Below the pieces are notes generated by a model. The model had not been told where the DNA came from and searched no databases. It saw only the letters and a list, made by a program, of their open reading frames with translations. 64,000 bases of DNA from a virus. Position 1 is the stretch's first letter. The number at the start of each line of letters is the position of its first letter. Below, piece by piece: positions 41,655-50,171 of this stretch. The stretch spans positions 44,932 to 108,931 of IMG/VR virus record IMGVR_UViG_3300045988_174094; one strand, given 5' to 3'. A program made the translations under genes and the position numbers.

Positions 41655-41917
41655 TTCAGAAGCTCCTCCTTCGTATAAGCCCAAGTCTGTCCATAATCTT
41701 TTCTCAAATAGGTATTATAATCAGGGCCAGGCCATCCCCAGACAAATAAAAATTCTTCAGAAGCTACTTCTGGATTAGCAGGCCATTCAATTTCTTTTGT
41801 CTTAATTTCAATAATTTGGTCTTCGGGCGTTCGATAATGCTTCAAATTATAAACAGGGCGGCCATACATATAACCATAAATATATTCATGGCTCATAACA
41901 TCTTCTCTAAAACTCAT
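41651..41917 (-). CDS. hypothetical protein
   Basis: 88-aa ORF, first gene after promoter 41944-41972. Confidence 0.7.
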   Translation of the reverse strand: MSFREDVMSHEYIYGYMYGRPVYNLKHYRTPEDQIIEIKTKEIEWPANPEVASEEFLFVWGWPGPDYNTYLRKDYGQTWAYTKEELLK

Positions 41918-41943
41918 TTCAAAAGTTCTCTTCTTTTTCTTTT

Positions 41944-41972
41944 ATTATATAATAAAATAGAATAAAAATCAA
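41944..41972 (-). promoter_or_regulatory. class-B promoter (TTGATT-17-TATAAT)
   Basis: Reverse complement of attatataataaaatagaataaaaatcaa. Confidence 0.55.
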
Positions 41973-42199
41973 ATTTCTATTCCTAATTCCTTCATTTGCC
42001 CTTTGACGCATCGTGCGAAGGAATCCGCACAAGCTGGGCAAAGCTCAATTATCTTATAGCGTAAATAAGAACCAAACTCACCAATAAGCTTTCCATTTAC
42101 ATAAGTGCCCTCTTTTTGATAAAAAGGAATTTGAATATACCAAATATCTTTTTCTTCCTTGATATCCTTTTTACACAAATCACAGATAAATTTCTTCAT
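41969..42199 (-). CDS. zinc-ribbon protein, 76 aa
   Basis: MKKFICDLCKK...ELCPACADSF. Internal start of track ORF 41969-42238. Confidence 0.65.
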   Translation of the reverse strand: MKKFICDLCKKDIKEEKDIWYIQIPFYQKEGTYVNGKLIGEFGSYLRYKIIELCPACADSFARCVKGQMKELGIEI

Positions 42200-42431
42200 T
42201 ATTGTTCCACTCCCACCTTGTTTTATCGTCAACATCAATTACAAAATATTCTTTGTCAATCTGGTCAATTCGGAGTTGATGAATTCCATAGGTATTAAGT
42301 TCAGGTAAAAAGTATGCTAAATCTTCAATATTAAGACAAACATCGCCTTCTATTAGTTGACCATAAATATCATCATTTACTCTTTTTCTTTCTTCATAAT
42401 AATCTTTATATTCATTACTCATATTACCCAA
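42180..42431 (-). CDS. hypothetical protein
   Basis: 83-aa ORF. Confidence 0.65.
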   Translation of the reverse strand: MGNMSNEYKDYYEERKRVNDDIYGQLIEGDVCLNIEDLAYFLPELNTYGIHQLRIDQIDKEYFVIDVDDKTRWEWNNNEEIYL

Positions 42432-43350
42432 CCCTCATATTCAACTGTTTTTGCGTCCCATAAAGCTCAATATAAAATTTTTCTCTTTCTGTTTGCTTTT
42501 CGCGCGCAACCTCTTCCAAAATTTCAAAAGTATAGTTTTGAATTCCATGAGAAGCCATATGTACATGAAGAGTTGAACGAGCAACTTTCTCCATACCAAG
42601 CGCGGTTTGGACGTGTGATTGCCAACGTGTTCCAAAATCAGTCGTTTTCCCAATATAAGATTCACCAGTTGGAATATAGGTAATCTTGTAAATACCACCA
42701 ACTGCGCGACCACCTGTTACTCGCTTTATCATTTCCTTCGTCGCGCGCGAAACCATTGTATCCCACATTAGTTTTGGAACTATTTCACGATGCCGAAGCT
42801 TTGGTGCCAAACTTTTCAAGACTTCTATATCTTCGATTTCTTCTGGTAAAAGACAAATGCGATAGAAATCCTCTTTTTCCTCAACTTCACGCTCGCGCCG
42901 GATCGCTTCATTCACCGCTTGACGTTTTGCTTGAAATTGAGAAAGTTCGCACTTCACCTTTTCAAGTTCTAATTCATAATCTCTTTTATCTTGGTCAATT
43001 TGCGCTTTATCTATGATGAGCTGATTTTGAAGTTGCTGGAGTTTTTGTAAACGGAGTTCTTGGATTTCTTCTTCAATTGAAGATTTTCTATTCACTTGAA
43101 AAGTTTCTTGCTTAGCAATAATTTCATTCAATTGCTGAAGTCGCTCATTTCTCTTTTTGTGATTATCTTCATAAACTTTTTGTTCTGCCACATCCAAATC
43201 TTTCCAAAAATTTTCAGCATCTTTTTTATTCTTTTCTTTTAGTTGCTCAATTTCATAATTTTTTTGCTTTATTTTCTTTTTTTGTCCAATGAAAAGAATT
43301 AGGAAAACAACAGCAGAAACCATAAAAAGTAGTGCTGATATTTTTTCCAT
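42424..43350 (-). CDS. membrane-anchored coiled-coil protein with C-terminal GIY-YIG/T5orf172-like nuclease domain
   Basis: ATG 43350 follows GGGAG. TM helix ISALLFMVSAVVFLILFIG, about 150 aa of coiled coil, then GGIYKITYIPTGESYIGKTTDFGTRWQSH. Confidence 0.75.
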   Translation of the reverse strand: MEKISALLFMVSAVVFLILFIGQKKKIKQKNYEIEQLKEKNKKDAENFWKDLDVAEQKVYEDNHKKRNERLQQLNEIIAKQETFQVNRKSSIEEEIQELRLQKLQQLQNQLIIDKAQIDQDKRDYELELEKVKCELSQFQAKRQAVNEAIRREREVEEKEDFYRICLLPEEIEDIEVLKSLAPKLRHREIVPKLMWDTMVSRATKEMIKRVTGGRAVGGIYKITYIPTGESYIGKTTDFGTRWQSHVQTALGMEKVARSTLHVHMASHGIQNYTFEILEEVAREKQTEREKFYIELYGTQKQLNMRVG

Positions 43351-43352
43351 AT

Positions 43353-44408
43353 TTACTCCCAACTCATCACTGAGTTTCTTCGAGGTTTCTTTTTTACGAC
43401 TGGTTTAGTAAACCAAATTAGGCGATCACGCGCGCGAGTCGCCGCAACATAAGAAATACAGACTTCTTCTTCGTTCCACATTCGGCTATCATAGACAGCT
43501 ACATAGCGTGTCTCAAGTCCTTTGCTTGAGTGAATGGTAAGAACCTTCACAGTATCTGCTTTCATCTTCTCGCTTAGCTCATCTTTTGACAGGTCACCTT
43601 GCTTGAATGTATCACATGGAATTCCAGCATCAGTCAACTTATCAAAAATATCATCTACTTCCGCATTTGTGCGCGCGAGCACCATCCAATCGCCATAATT
43701 GGAAGTAGACTTGATTTCATCAACAAGATACTTGATAGAAAAAGGAACTTCAATGACCCTCCCGCGCACTCCACGCATCGGAATAGATAAATCACTCATT
43801 TTATTTTTTCTAATAATATCCCGCGCAAAATCAAGAATGTCACTACCATTACGATAGTTTTCATCCATTGAGTATATCGTCGCACCGAGTTTTTCCGCCC
43901 ATTCCATCAATAGGTCTGGCCGGCTGCCATTCCAACGATAGATACACTGGCGCAAGTCATAGACAACAAAATATTCAGCACTTTTTATAATAGAAAAAAT
44001 AAAGTCAAACTGGTCTTTATTGCTATCTTGCGCCTCATCCAAAAGACAAATATCAAGAGAAGGAAAAGCATTTGGATGTTGAAGAGCTAGCTTGAATAGG
44101 TCATCAAAACGTTCATCAGCAAGATACTTTCCTGCCTCTGTAACACCCGCGCGCAGTAGACATCTTGCGCAATAGGAGTGAATGGTTCCAATCCAAATTA
44201 CGTCACTATTTTCAACATTCAATCTACTGCGAATTTCCGCCGCAGCCATGTTTGTAAAGGTAAAAGCGACCAGCTTCTTCGCGCACGAAATAGATTGACG
44301 GATTTTCTCGGTTAGTAATCTCGTTTTCCCGCTACTTGCACAAGATTGAACAAATACAACAGACGCTGACGAAGCCAAAATTTCTTCTTGTGTTTTGCTT
44401 AGCTCCAA
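43353..44408 (-). CDS. UvrD/Rep-like superfamily-1 DNA helicase
   Basis: CASSGKT (Walker A), LLDEAQD, NYRNGSDIL, TIHSSKGLE, YVAATRARDRL. Confidence 0.85.
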   Translation of the reverse strand: MELSKTQEEILASSASVVFVQSCASSGKTRLLTEKIRQSISCAKKLVAFTFTNMAAAEIRSRLNVENSDVIWIGTIHSYCARCLLRAGVTEAGKYLADERFDDLFKLALQHPNAFPSLDICLLDEAQDSNKDQFDFIFSIIKSAEYFVVYDLRQCIYRWNGSRPDLLMEWAEKLGATIYSMDENYRNGSDILDFARDIIRKNKMSDLSIPMRGVRGRVIEVPFSIKYLVDEIKSTSNYGDWMVLARTNAEVDDIFDKLTDAGIPCDTFKQGDLSKDELSEKMKADTVKVLTIHSSKGLETRYVAVYDSRMWNEEEVCISYVAATRARDRLIWFTKPVVKKKPRRNSVMSWE

Positions 44409-44432
44409 ATTCTCTCACTTCCTTTTTCTTTT

Positions 44433-44461
44433 ATTATATCAAAAAGAAGGGAAGAATTCAA
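44433..44461 (-). promoter_or_regulatory. class-B promoter (TTGAAT-17-TATAAT)
   Basis: Reverse complement of attatatcaaaaagaagggaagaattcaa. Confidence 0.55.
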
Positions 44462-44736
44462 ATTTCTTCCCTTTTAGCATCTAGCCACATTTCAATCAGC
44501 TCTTCATCTGTCAAATCTGCCACTCCGTATGGACACTCATCCACTTCAAACTCACATGGTGCAAACGACTGATCGCAGTCGTGACCCTCCAAGCGTCCTA
44601 TAATTGGAGGACATTTCTTACAATATTCCTTATCCAACCACTGAAGCCATGGTGCGTTCTCAACTAGTTCAAAACCGGCGAGCCATCTCACAAAATCCTT
44701 CTCAGAAAAATTTTTCAAAAATTCTCGATTAGTCAA
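44458..44736 (-). CDS. hypothetical Cys-rich protein
   Basis: 92-aa ORF. Confidence 0.7.
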   Translation of the reverse strand: MTNREFLKNFSEKDFVRWLAGFELVENAPWLQWLDKEYCKKCPPIIGRLEGHDCDQSFAPCEFEVDECPYGVADLTDEELIEMWLDAKREEI

Positions 44737-45332
44737 AAATTTAGCTCCTTTTCTACTTCAATAACTTCACCACTATCTTTTACATGAAAAGTAACCCAAT
44801 GCCTGAATGTCAAATCTTCATCCTCAATAAATTTCAAAGCTTCAAAAGCCAAATCTTTCAGAGAACCATTATTCTCAATTTCAATATCGTATTTGTAATC
44901 AAGAATCTCTGCATCAGCATGATTTGAAACTTCTTCACATTCAGCGCTGTCCCGCCTTACAAGAATCGTCCTCGCGTTCAGCCGTTCAACAATTTTTTTT
45001 ATTTCCTCTGGTTCACGACACATAATAAAAATTGCGCATCTTTTACTATCAATTCCGTAATAATCCCAGTCCTCTGTTGTTTCATATACTTTTTTCTGGA
45101 TATCTTTAAAGGGAATATCGTTCCATTCGGTCAAAAGGTCCTTCAAGTCACTGAGAAATTTACGCGCGCGAGGTGTCTTTTCTCCATTCCATCCAAATGC
45201 ACTGGCCGCAATTGTTTTTATATAATCAACAGTAGAATAAACTCTTACATATCCTTCTCCCATAAATTTGGCGACCATCGAACAAAAGGTATCCTTGCCA
45301 GAGCGAGGAGCACCATTTACAACATAAATCAT
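44733..45332 (-). CDS. P-loop kinase, dNMP-kinase-like
   Basis: VVNGAPRSGKDTF P-loop, typical of phage deoxynucleotide monophosphate kinases. Confidence 0.65.
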   Translation of the reverse strand: MIYVVNGAPRSGKDTFCSMVAKFMGEGYVRVYSTVDYIKTIAASAFGWNGEKTPRARKFLSDLKDLLTEWNDIPFKDIQKKVYETTEDWDYYGIDSKRCAIFIMCREPEEIKKIVERLNARTILVRRDSAECEEVSNHADAEILDYKYDIEIENNGSLKDLAFEALKFIEDEDLTFRHWVTFHVKDSGEVIEVEKELNF

Positions 45333-46294
45333 TTTTTATCCTCCATTATATAGTTAGTGATAAAATCAACGAAACGTAATTTGTAGAAGTATACCACATC
45401 ATTATCATATATGCACGCAGCCTTCACGTTATTGACAAAATAGGGCCAGTTGTTTCCGTCTTTTAGAAAATCTTGAATAAATGAATTCTGTTTTAGAGAA
45501 AGAAGTTCATCTAAATAAGAATAGTCATCAACCTTACGATAGACTTGCTCCATCATAGCATTGTAAATATTGATGAGAGTCTGACATAAAACTGGTGCAG
45601 GAATGTCTCCTCTAATCTCATAAATTTTTTTCAAGCCCTTTACCTGACCATAGATGTATTGACCATTACTGCGTTGGAAAAAAGTTCCTTTGTCTTGACG
45701 AGTAAGCGAATTTGGGTTTGAGCGCCAAATATAAAAGTATTCGTCTACTTTATACATCTTATCAGTACAGTTACAAGCTACTAAATTGAAATAACTGTCT
45801 TCATTGAGTCGAAGTTCAGGGAGAAAACGGATATTATTTTTTCTCAAATAATCAAGACGATATACTTTGGCATGTAGCCATGTACAAGGAATTTTATCTA
45901 CTGGGAGAGGATGCCCTGGCCCAAAATTCTCTTCATGTATAAATGAGCCACAAACTACATCAGCGTTATTTCGCTTTGCTTCGCGATAAAGTTGTTCAAC
46001 TGCACGAGGTTGGAGGATGTCATCACTATCACAAAACATAATGTAGTCACTCTGGGTTTCATTGTCAATAATTGTTTGACGCGCGACGCCTGGTCCGCTA
46101 TTTCCAGGAGTAGAAATTAGACGAATATGAAGCCCGCGCGCACGATATGTCTCAATAATATCGCTATAATCTTCTCCGTCACAGTCTTGACACAAAGTAA
46201 CTAGGAACATTTTGCGCGTTTGAGCTACTAAAGCATCAAGGCAATAGGGAAGAGTGTCGCGTGCTTTATAGACAGGAATACCTATAGTAATCAT
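45329..46294 (-). CDS. family-2 glycosyltransferase
   Basis: ITIGIPVYKARDTL..QDCDGED..FCDSDD (DxD). Confidence 0.8.
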   Translation of the reverse strand: MITIGIPVYKARDTLPYCLDALVAQTRKMFLVTLCQDCDGEDYSDIIETYRARGLHIRLISTPGNSGPGVARQTIIDNETQSDYIMFCDSDDILQPRAVEQLYREAKRNNADVVCGSFIHEENFGPGHPLPVDKIPCTWLHAKVYRLDYLRKNNIRFLPELRLNEDSYFNLVACNCTDKMYKVDEYFYIWRSNPNSLTRQDKGTFFQRSNGQYIYGQVKGLKKIYEIRGDIPAPVLCQTLINIYNAMMEQVYRKVDDYSYLDELLSLKQNSFIQDFLKDGNNWPYFVNNVKAACIYDNDVVYFYKLRFVDFITNYIMEDKK

Positions 46295-46755
46295 ACTTTT
46301 CCCTCCTTTGCTTTTACAGCAAGTCTATCTACATAATCATTCCAATCTTTTTCGCCAGAATGACCCTTTACCTTCTCAAAAGAAAAACGTGGATTTTCAA
46401 AATAAGGAATGAGACGTTCCCAAAGTTCACGATTTGCAACTGGTTCTTTCTTTGAGTTGCGCCAACCGTTAGTTTGCCACTTTTTATACCACTTTTGAGT
46501 AATACAATTGATAATATAGGCGCTATCACTATAAATGGTAGCGGTGTCCTCTATGGGGGTGTAAGCATCGAAGAAGCTACAAGCTCCAAAAACAGCAGAA
46601 AGTTCACAAATATTATTAGTAGCATTTTCTACAGGCATAGCATATTCATATTTGAGTGTGTCTTCATTATCAATAATAATAAAAGCAAAACCTCCGACAG
46701 CATTTTCTTTCCCATTGCCAGAACACGCGCCATCCGTGTAAATTGAATAATTCAT
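46291..46755 (-). CDS. rnhA: ribonuclease HI
   Basis: ATG 46755 follows AAGGAG. YTDGACSGNG..TNNICELSAV..IYSDSAY..KVKGHSGEKDWNDYVDRLA. Confidence 0.85.
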   Translation of the reverse strand: MNYSIYTDGACSGNGKENAVGGFAFIIIDNEDTLKYEYAMPVENATNNICELSAVFGACSFFDAYTPIEDTATIYSDSAYIINCITQKWYKKWQTNGWRNSKKEPVANRELWERLIPYFENPRFSFEKVKGHSGEKDWNDYVDRLAVKAKEGKV

Positions 46756-47111
46756 TGAGCGTAATACTCCTTCCAAATTTCTTCATATGAGATACCTTCA
46801 AATCCCATCTTAGTAAAATCAAGAAATTCTTGAATATTGATGCCATCTTCAGCTGCACGAACTGACTGCACGCAACGAATACGTTTCGGCGCGAAAATTT
46901 TTCTATACCATGGCATCTCTAGTTTTAGTGTAATTTTCTCATGTTCATAATTATTAGAAGCAATGGCCGCCATTTCAAACATAAAAAGATGAATAATATT
47001 ATGAGGATGAAAATTTTTGAGGATAATTTCGTTGTTATGTCTGCGCGCGAGGCTAATTAGATTGATAATCGCACGCGAGATGATTGTATCGTAAATTTCA
47101 TATTTTGTCAT
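46752..47111 (-). CDS. hypothetical protein
   Basis: 119-aa ORF; its stop overlaps the RNase H start. Confidence 0.7.
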   Translation of the reverse strand: MTKYEIYDTIISRAIINLISLARRHNNEIILKNFHPHNIIHLFMFEMAAIASNNYEHEKITLKLEMPWYRKIFAPKRIRCVQSVRAAEDGINIQEFLDFTKMGFEGISYEEIWKEYYAQ

Positions 47112-47122
47112 ATTTTTTCTCC

Positions 47123-47356
47123 TTAGAGCAAAGATTTGCCTAGAAAATCAAGCGGTTCTCCATTTTTACATTTATCAATGCGCTCTTGCCATTTTTCGAT
47201 GAGCAAGTAGCAATGCGCAGTATCTTTGTCGGGGTCGCGCTTTGTGCGACGATTTTTTGCTTTATTGTTTGCATTTTTTTGAATACGCTTTTGAAGGTAA
47301 CGAATCTGGCCTTCGTAACCTTTGATTAGCTGTTCGCGCTTTTCAATATCTTCCAT
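47123..47356 (-). CDS. hypothetical basic protein, 77 aa
   Basis: ATG 47356 follows AAAGGAG. In frame with track ORF 47123-47392. Confidence 0.65.
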   Translation of the reverse strand: MEDIEKREQLIKGYEGQIRYLQKRIQKNANNKAKNRRTKRDPDKDTAHCYLLIEKWQERIDKCKNGEPLDFLGKSLL

Positions 47357-47418
47357 TTTAGCTCCTTTCGAGTTCATATTACGGCACATCATGATGCTAT
47401 GCCGGCTAGAATAAAATT

Positions 47419-48105
47419 CTAATTCAAAATTTTATCAACCACATATTCCGCTTGTATCGCAGTCAATCCAAAAATCGAAGTAGAAGAAAGCACTTCAATC
47501 TGTTTCTCGCGCGCGAGACCATAAAAATTAGGGATATAGGTGTCAATCCATCCTTCCCCCTTGAGGAGTGCGCCATCCTTTCCGAACAATCCTTCCAATT
47601 TTTCCTTTTCGATATCTGTAATATCTGTTTTATTTATTTTATTTATATTATCTATTTCTATATCGCGCCCGCGAACTTCTAAGTTCGCATTTGCGGAGTA
47701 GGGAGTTCGCGTTTGCGGAGTAGGGAGTTCGCATTTGCGAACCTCTAAGTTCGTGTTTGCGGAGTTCGCAATTGCGGAGTTCGTATTTGCGAACTTCGGC
47801 GAAGGTGAAAAAGCATAGGTGTTTCCTTGCTCTTTCTTCAAATATCCTTTTTCTTCCAAATCTTTGAGAGCAGTATGGTACGCGGTTTTCTTTATTCCGA
47901 TTTCTCGCTCGACTGCCGCGGCGCTAAGCTCTAATAAATATCCATCTTTATTTGAAGCCAAGTATAAATACAAACCAAATACAGTTGGCCTCATAGACTG
48001 AAAAGCCTTTTTCCATTGTTCATCACCAATTTGAAGAAATCTACTTTGATATTTGTCTTTTTCTATTCTAATAATTTTTTGATTTGGAACACTCACAGTC
48101 TTCAC
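47419..48105 (-). CDS. replication-initiator-like winged-helix protein with internal iterons
   Basis: N-terminal wHTH (GIKKTAYHTALKDLEEKGYL). The repetitive middle, ANTNSAIANSANTNLEVR.., is encoded by the DNA repeats at 47668-47797. Confidence 0.7.
   Translation of the reverse strand: MKTVSVPNQKIIRIEKDKYQSRFLQIGDEQWKKAFQSMRPTVFGLYLYLASNKDGYLLELSAAAVEREIGIKKTAYHTALKDLEEKGYLKKEQGNTYAFSPSPKFANTNSAIANSANTNLEVRKCELPTPQTRTPYSANANLEVRGRDIEIDNINKINKTDITDIEKEKLEGLFGKDGALLKGEGWIDTYIPNFYGLAREKQIEVLSSTSIFGLTAIQAEYVVDKILN
47668..47797. repeat. iteron array: six-plus copies of AGTTCGyrTTTGCGrA, some forming GTTCGCA-TT-TGCGAAC palindromes
   Basis: gcgaacttctaagttcgcatttgcggagtagggagttcgcgtttgcggagtagggagttcgcatttgcgaacc..gttcgtgtttgcggagttcgcaattgcggagttcgtatttgcgaac. 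Confidence 0.85.
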
Positions 48106-48108
48106 TCC

Positions 48109-48429
48109 TTACTTCTTGCGGTGAGAATACTCAGACTGCGCGCGTTCAATATCTGGCGTCCGTTCAAAAAGCCAAACATCCCAATTTGGATTTTTTGTGT
48201 TAGGACGAGTTCCAATAATTTGGAAGCCCTTTTTAGTTAGAAAGTTTGAAAGGCCGATGCTATAACATTCAAAGACTTTTTCTTTTTCTTTTTTTTGCTT
48301 TTCTGATTTTTCAAAAGCATTATCAAGAAGATCAAAGGCAAAGCCCATAGCATAGTCATCTCCAAAACGCTCTCGAACTTCATCCATTCTCAAATATTCT
48401 TTTTTATCAATCAAAAGATAGTCTTTCAT
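48109..48429 (-). CDS. hypothetical protein (C-terminal part paralogous to 15123-15308)
   Basis: ATG 48429 follows GAGGAG. Confidence 0.7.
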   Translation of the reverse strand: MKDYLLIDKKEYLRMDEVRERFGDDYAMGFAFDLLDNAFEKSEKQKKEKEKVFECYSIGLSNFLTKKGFQIIGTRPNTKNPNWDVWLFERTPDIERAQSEYSHRKK

Positions 48430-48431
48430 GT

Positions 48432-48584
48432 TCACTCCTCTTCTGTCGGGTGATTTTTCATATACTCGCGCGCGGCTACTCTCAAAAAATAACTAATCTT
48501 CATATCATTTTCTTCACAATATTCGCGAATTCGTGTGTCTAACTCTGCATCAAGCATAAAACGAATTATCATATCTTTTTTCAC
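48432..48584 (-). CDS. ribbon-helix-helix protein, 50 aa
   Basis: VKKDMIIRFMLDAELDTRIREYCEENDMKISYFLRVAAREYMKNHP. GTG 48584 follows AAGGTG. Not in the track. Paralog of 15345-15488. Confidence 0.55.
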   Translation of the reverse strand: MKKDMIIRFMLDAELDTRIREYCEENDMKISYFLRVAAREYMKNHPTEEE

Positions 48585-48614
48585 ATTTTCACCTTCTTTC
48601 TAGTTTCTATCTAT

Positions 48615-48643
48615 ATTATAGTCCTTTTTCAGGCTTTTTTCAA
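48615..48643 (-). promoter_or_regulatory. class-B promoter
   Basis: rc reads TTGAAA-17-TATAAT followed by ATAGATAGAAA. Confidence 0.6.
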
Positions 48644-48729
48644 ATTTTTTCAAATAGAAATTTGATTTTTGAATGAATTTAGATTACGCGCAGGCGCGAC
48701 GCGCGCATTTATAATGAATATAGGATAAT

Positions 48730-48758
48730 TTGATTTTTTCTCTAAAATATGGTATACT
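48730..48758 (+). promoter_or_regulatory. promoter TTGATT-17-TATACT (TG-extended) of the replication block
   Basis: ttgattttttctctaaaatatggtatact. Confidence 0.65.
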
Positions 48759-48787
48759 AAAAGAAAATGGATAGAAAGGAGATTCAG

Positions 48788-48964
48788 ATGAAAAAGTTTA
48801 CTACACTTGAAGAAGTGAAAGAAAAATATCCCCTAGACCTGATTGTTTTTTCAAATACAAAACCGCCGTTAGGAATTGTTGGATATTTCTGTGATGGCGA
48901 ATTCTATTACCCAATGTATCACGATAGATTTGAAGGATATCAAATTTTGGAGGAAGACAAATGA
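48788..48964 (+). CDS. hypothetical small protein
   Basis: ATG 48788 follows GAAAGGAG. Its stop overlaps the gyrB ATG. Confidence 0.65.
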   Translation: MKKFTTLEEVKEKYPLDLIVFSNTKPPLGIVGYFCDGEFYYPMYHDRFEGYQILEEDK

Positions 48965-49299
48965 GTTATGACGCTAATTCGATAGAAACACTTTCATTCC
49001 GTGACGCAATACGCTCGCGCGCGGCCATGTATATGGGTAGTGAAGACAATCAAGGTGTTCTTCAATGTATCCGTGAAATTATTACGAATTCCATAGACGA
49101 AGCGACTATGGGCTATGGCAATGAAATTGAAGTTACTCTTTCTAAAGATAATCGAGTTACAATTCGTGATAATGGACGCGGTGCGCCGTTTGGTAAACGC
49201 GAAGATGGAACAGAAGCACTTGAGGCTATTTACACAATGCCACACTCTGGTGGCAAATTCTCTGATAAAGTTTATCAGAACGTAGCCGGATTGAACGGT
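48961..49299 (+). CDS. gyrB: type IIA topoisomerase ATPase subunit (GyrB/ParE-like), exon 1
   Basis: GHKL motifs EIITNSIDEA, DNGRGAP, HSGGKF..AGLNG. The frame stops one codon after GLNG. Confidence 0.85.
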
Positions 49300-50171
49300 T
49301 AACACCATAGCCGTTCTAAAAACTCTTAAATTGCTGGAAAATCCAAATTGGATAATCAGCAGCGAAGTGTCTAATTCATAATATTATAGAAAAAGGTGAT
49401 ATTATGAAAGAATTAGTTCTCAAATGTGGTGCAGTAGTCTTATTAGATGACGAAGACTATGAAAGGATTCCTAAAACAGGCTGGTATTTATCTAAAAAGG
49501 AATGTCATAATCCAAATACGGACTATGCTCAACATGATAAATATGGAAAAATGCACAGGTGGATTTTAGGAATATTGCCAAATGAAAAGCCAAAATTAGT
49601 TGTTGACCACATCAACAGAAATGGCTTAGATAATAGAAAAGAAAATTTACGACTTATTACAACATCTTTAAACAAGAGAAATCAAAGTACAACAAAGAAT
49701 AATTGCGTAAATTTTTCAGGTATTGGACTGGAAATAAACAAAAAATATCGTACTTATCGGTTTAGAGTCAGGTGGAGTGAAGGAGAACCAATTATCGATA
49801 AAAGAGATAATAAGCCAAGGGCAAAGCAAAAAACAAAGAATTTTTTCTTTAATCTTAATGACCTTGACTCTATAAAATCTGCTCTTAAGAAAGCTATTTT
49901 ATTTCGAGTTCAAAAAATGAGAGACAATAATTATGAATTAGACGAACGTTCAACGACTATCGAACGAATGATTTTAGAAAATGAAGATATTGATATTGAA
50001 AAGATATTAAATATCAATCTTTCTAAAATTATATCAAGTAGAGTAGAAGCAAGCGCTTCAAAAAAGGAGTCCCCCCCAATAAGGGGTGAAGATATAGTCT
50101 GTTCTCTATGGAAACATAGAGCTGCGCGTCATGGCGCGGGTATAGTGTAGCGAGCTATACTGAACATAAAG
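49300..50171 (+). mobile_element. group I intron (872 nt) with HNH endonuclease ORF
   Basis: P1 is AACGGU paired with GCCGUU nine nt downstream (U-G at the splice site). Core boxes AAATTGCTGG and GGATAATCAGCAGC (49328-49365) and GAAGATATAGTCT (50088-50100). Ends in G at 50171. Splicing gives GLNG-IGAKGTAL. Confidence 0.8.
49404..50150 (+). CDS. HNH homing endonuclease
   Basis: HRWILG..VVDHINRNGLDNRKENLRLITTSLN. Own RBS AAAGGTGA. The 3' end of the ORF runs into the intron core. Confidence 0.85.
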   Translation: MKELVLKCGAVVLLDDEDYERIPKTGWYLSKKECHNPNTDYAQHDKYGKMHRWILGILPNEKPKLVVDHINRNGLDNRKENLRLITTSLNKRNQSTTKNNCVNFSGIGLEINKKYRTYRFRVRWSEGEPIIDKRDNKPRAKQKTKNFFFNLNDLDSIKSALKKAILFRVQKMRDNNYELDERSTTIERMILENEDIDIEKILNINLSKIISSRVEASASKKESPPIRGEDIVCSLWKHRAARHGAGIV

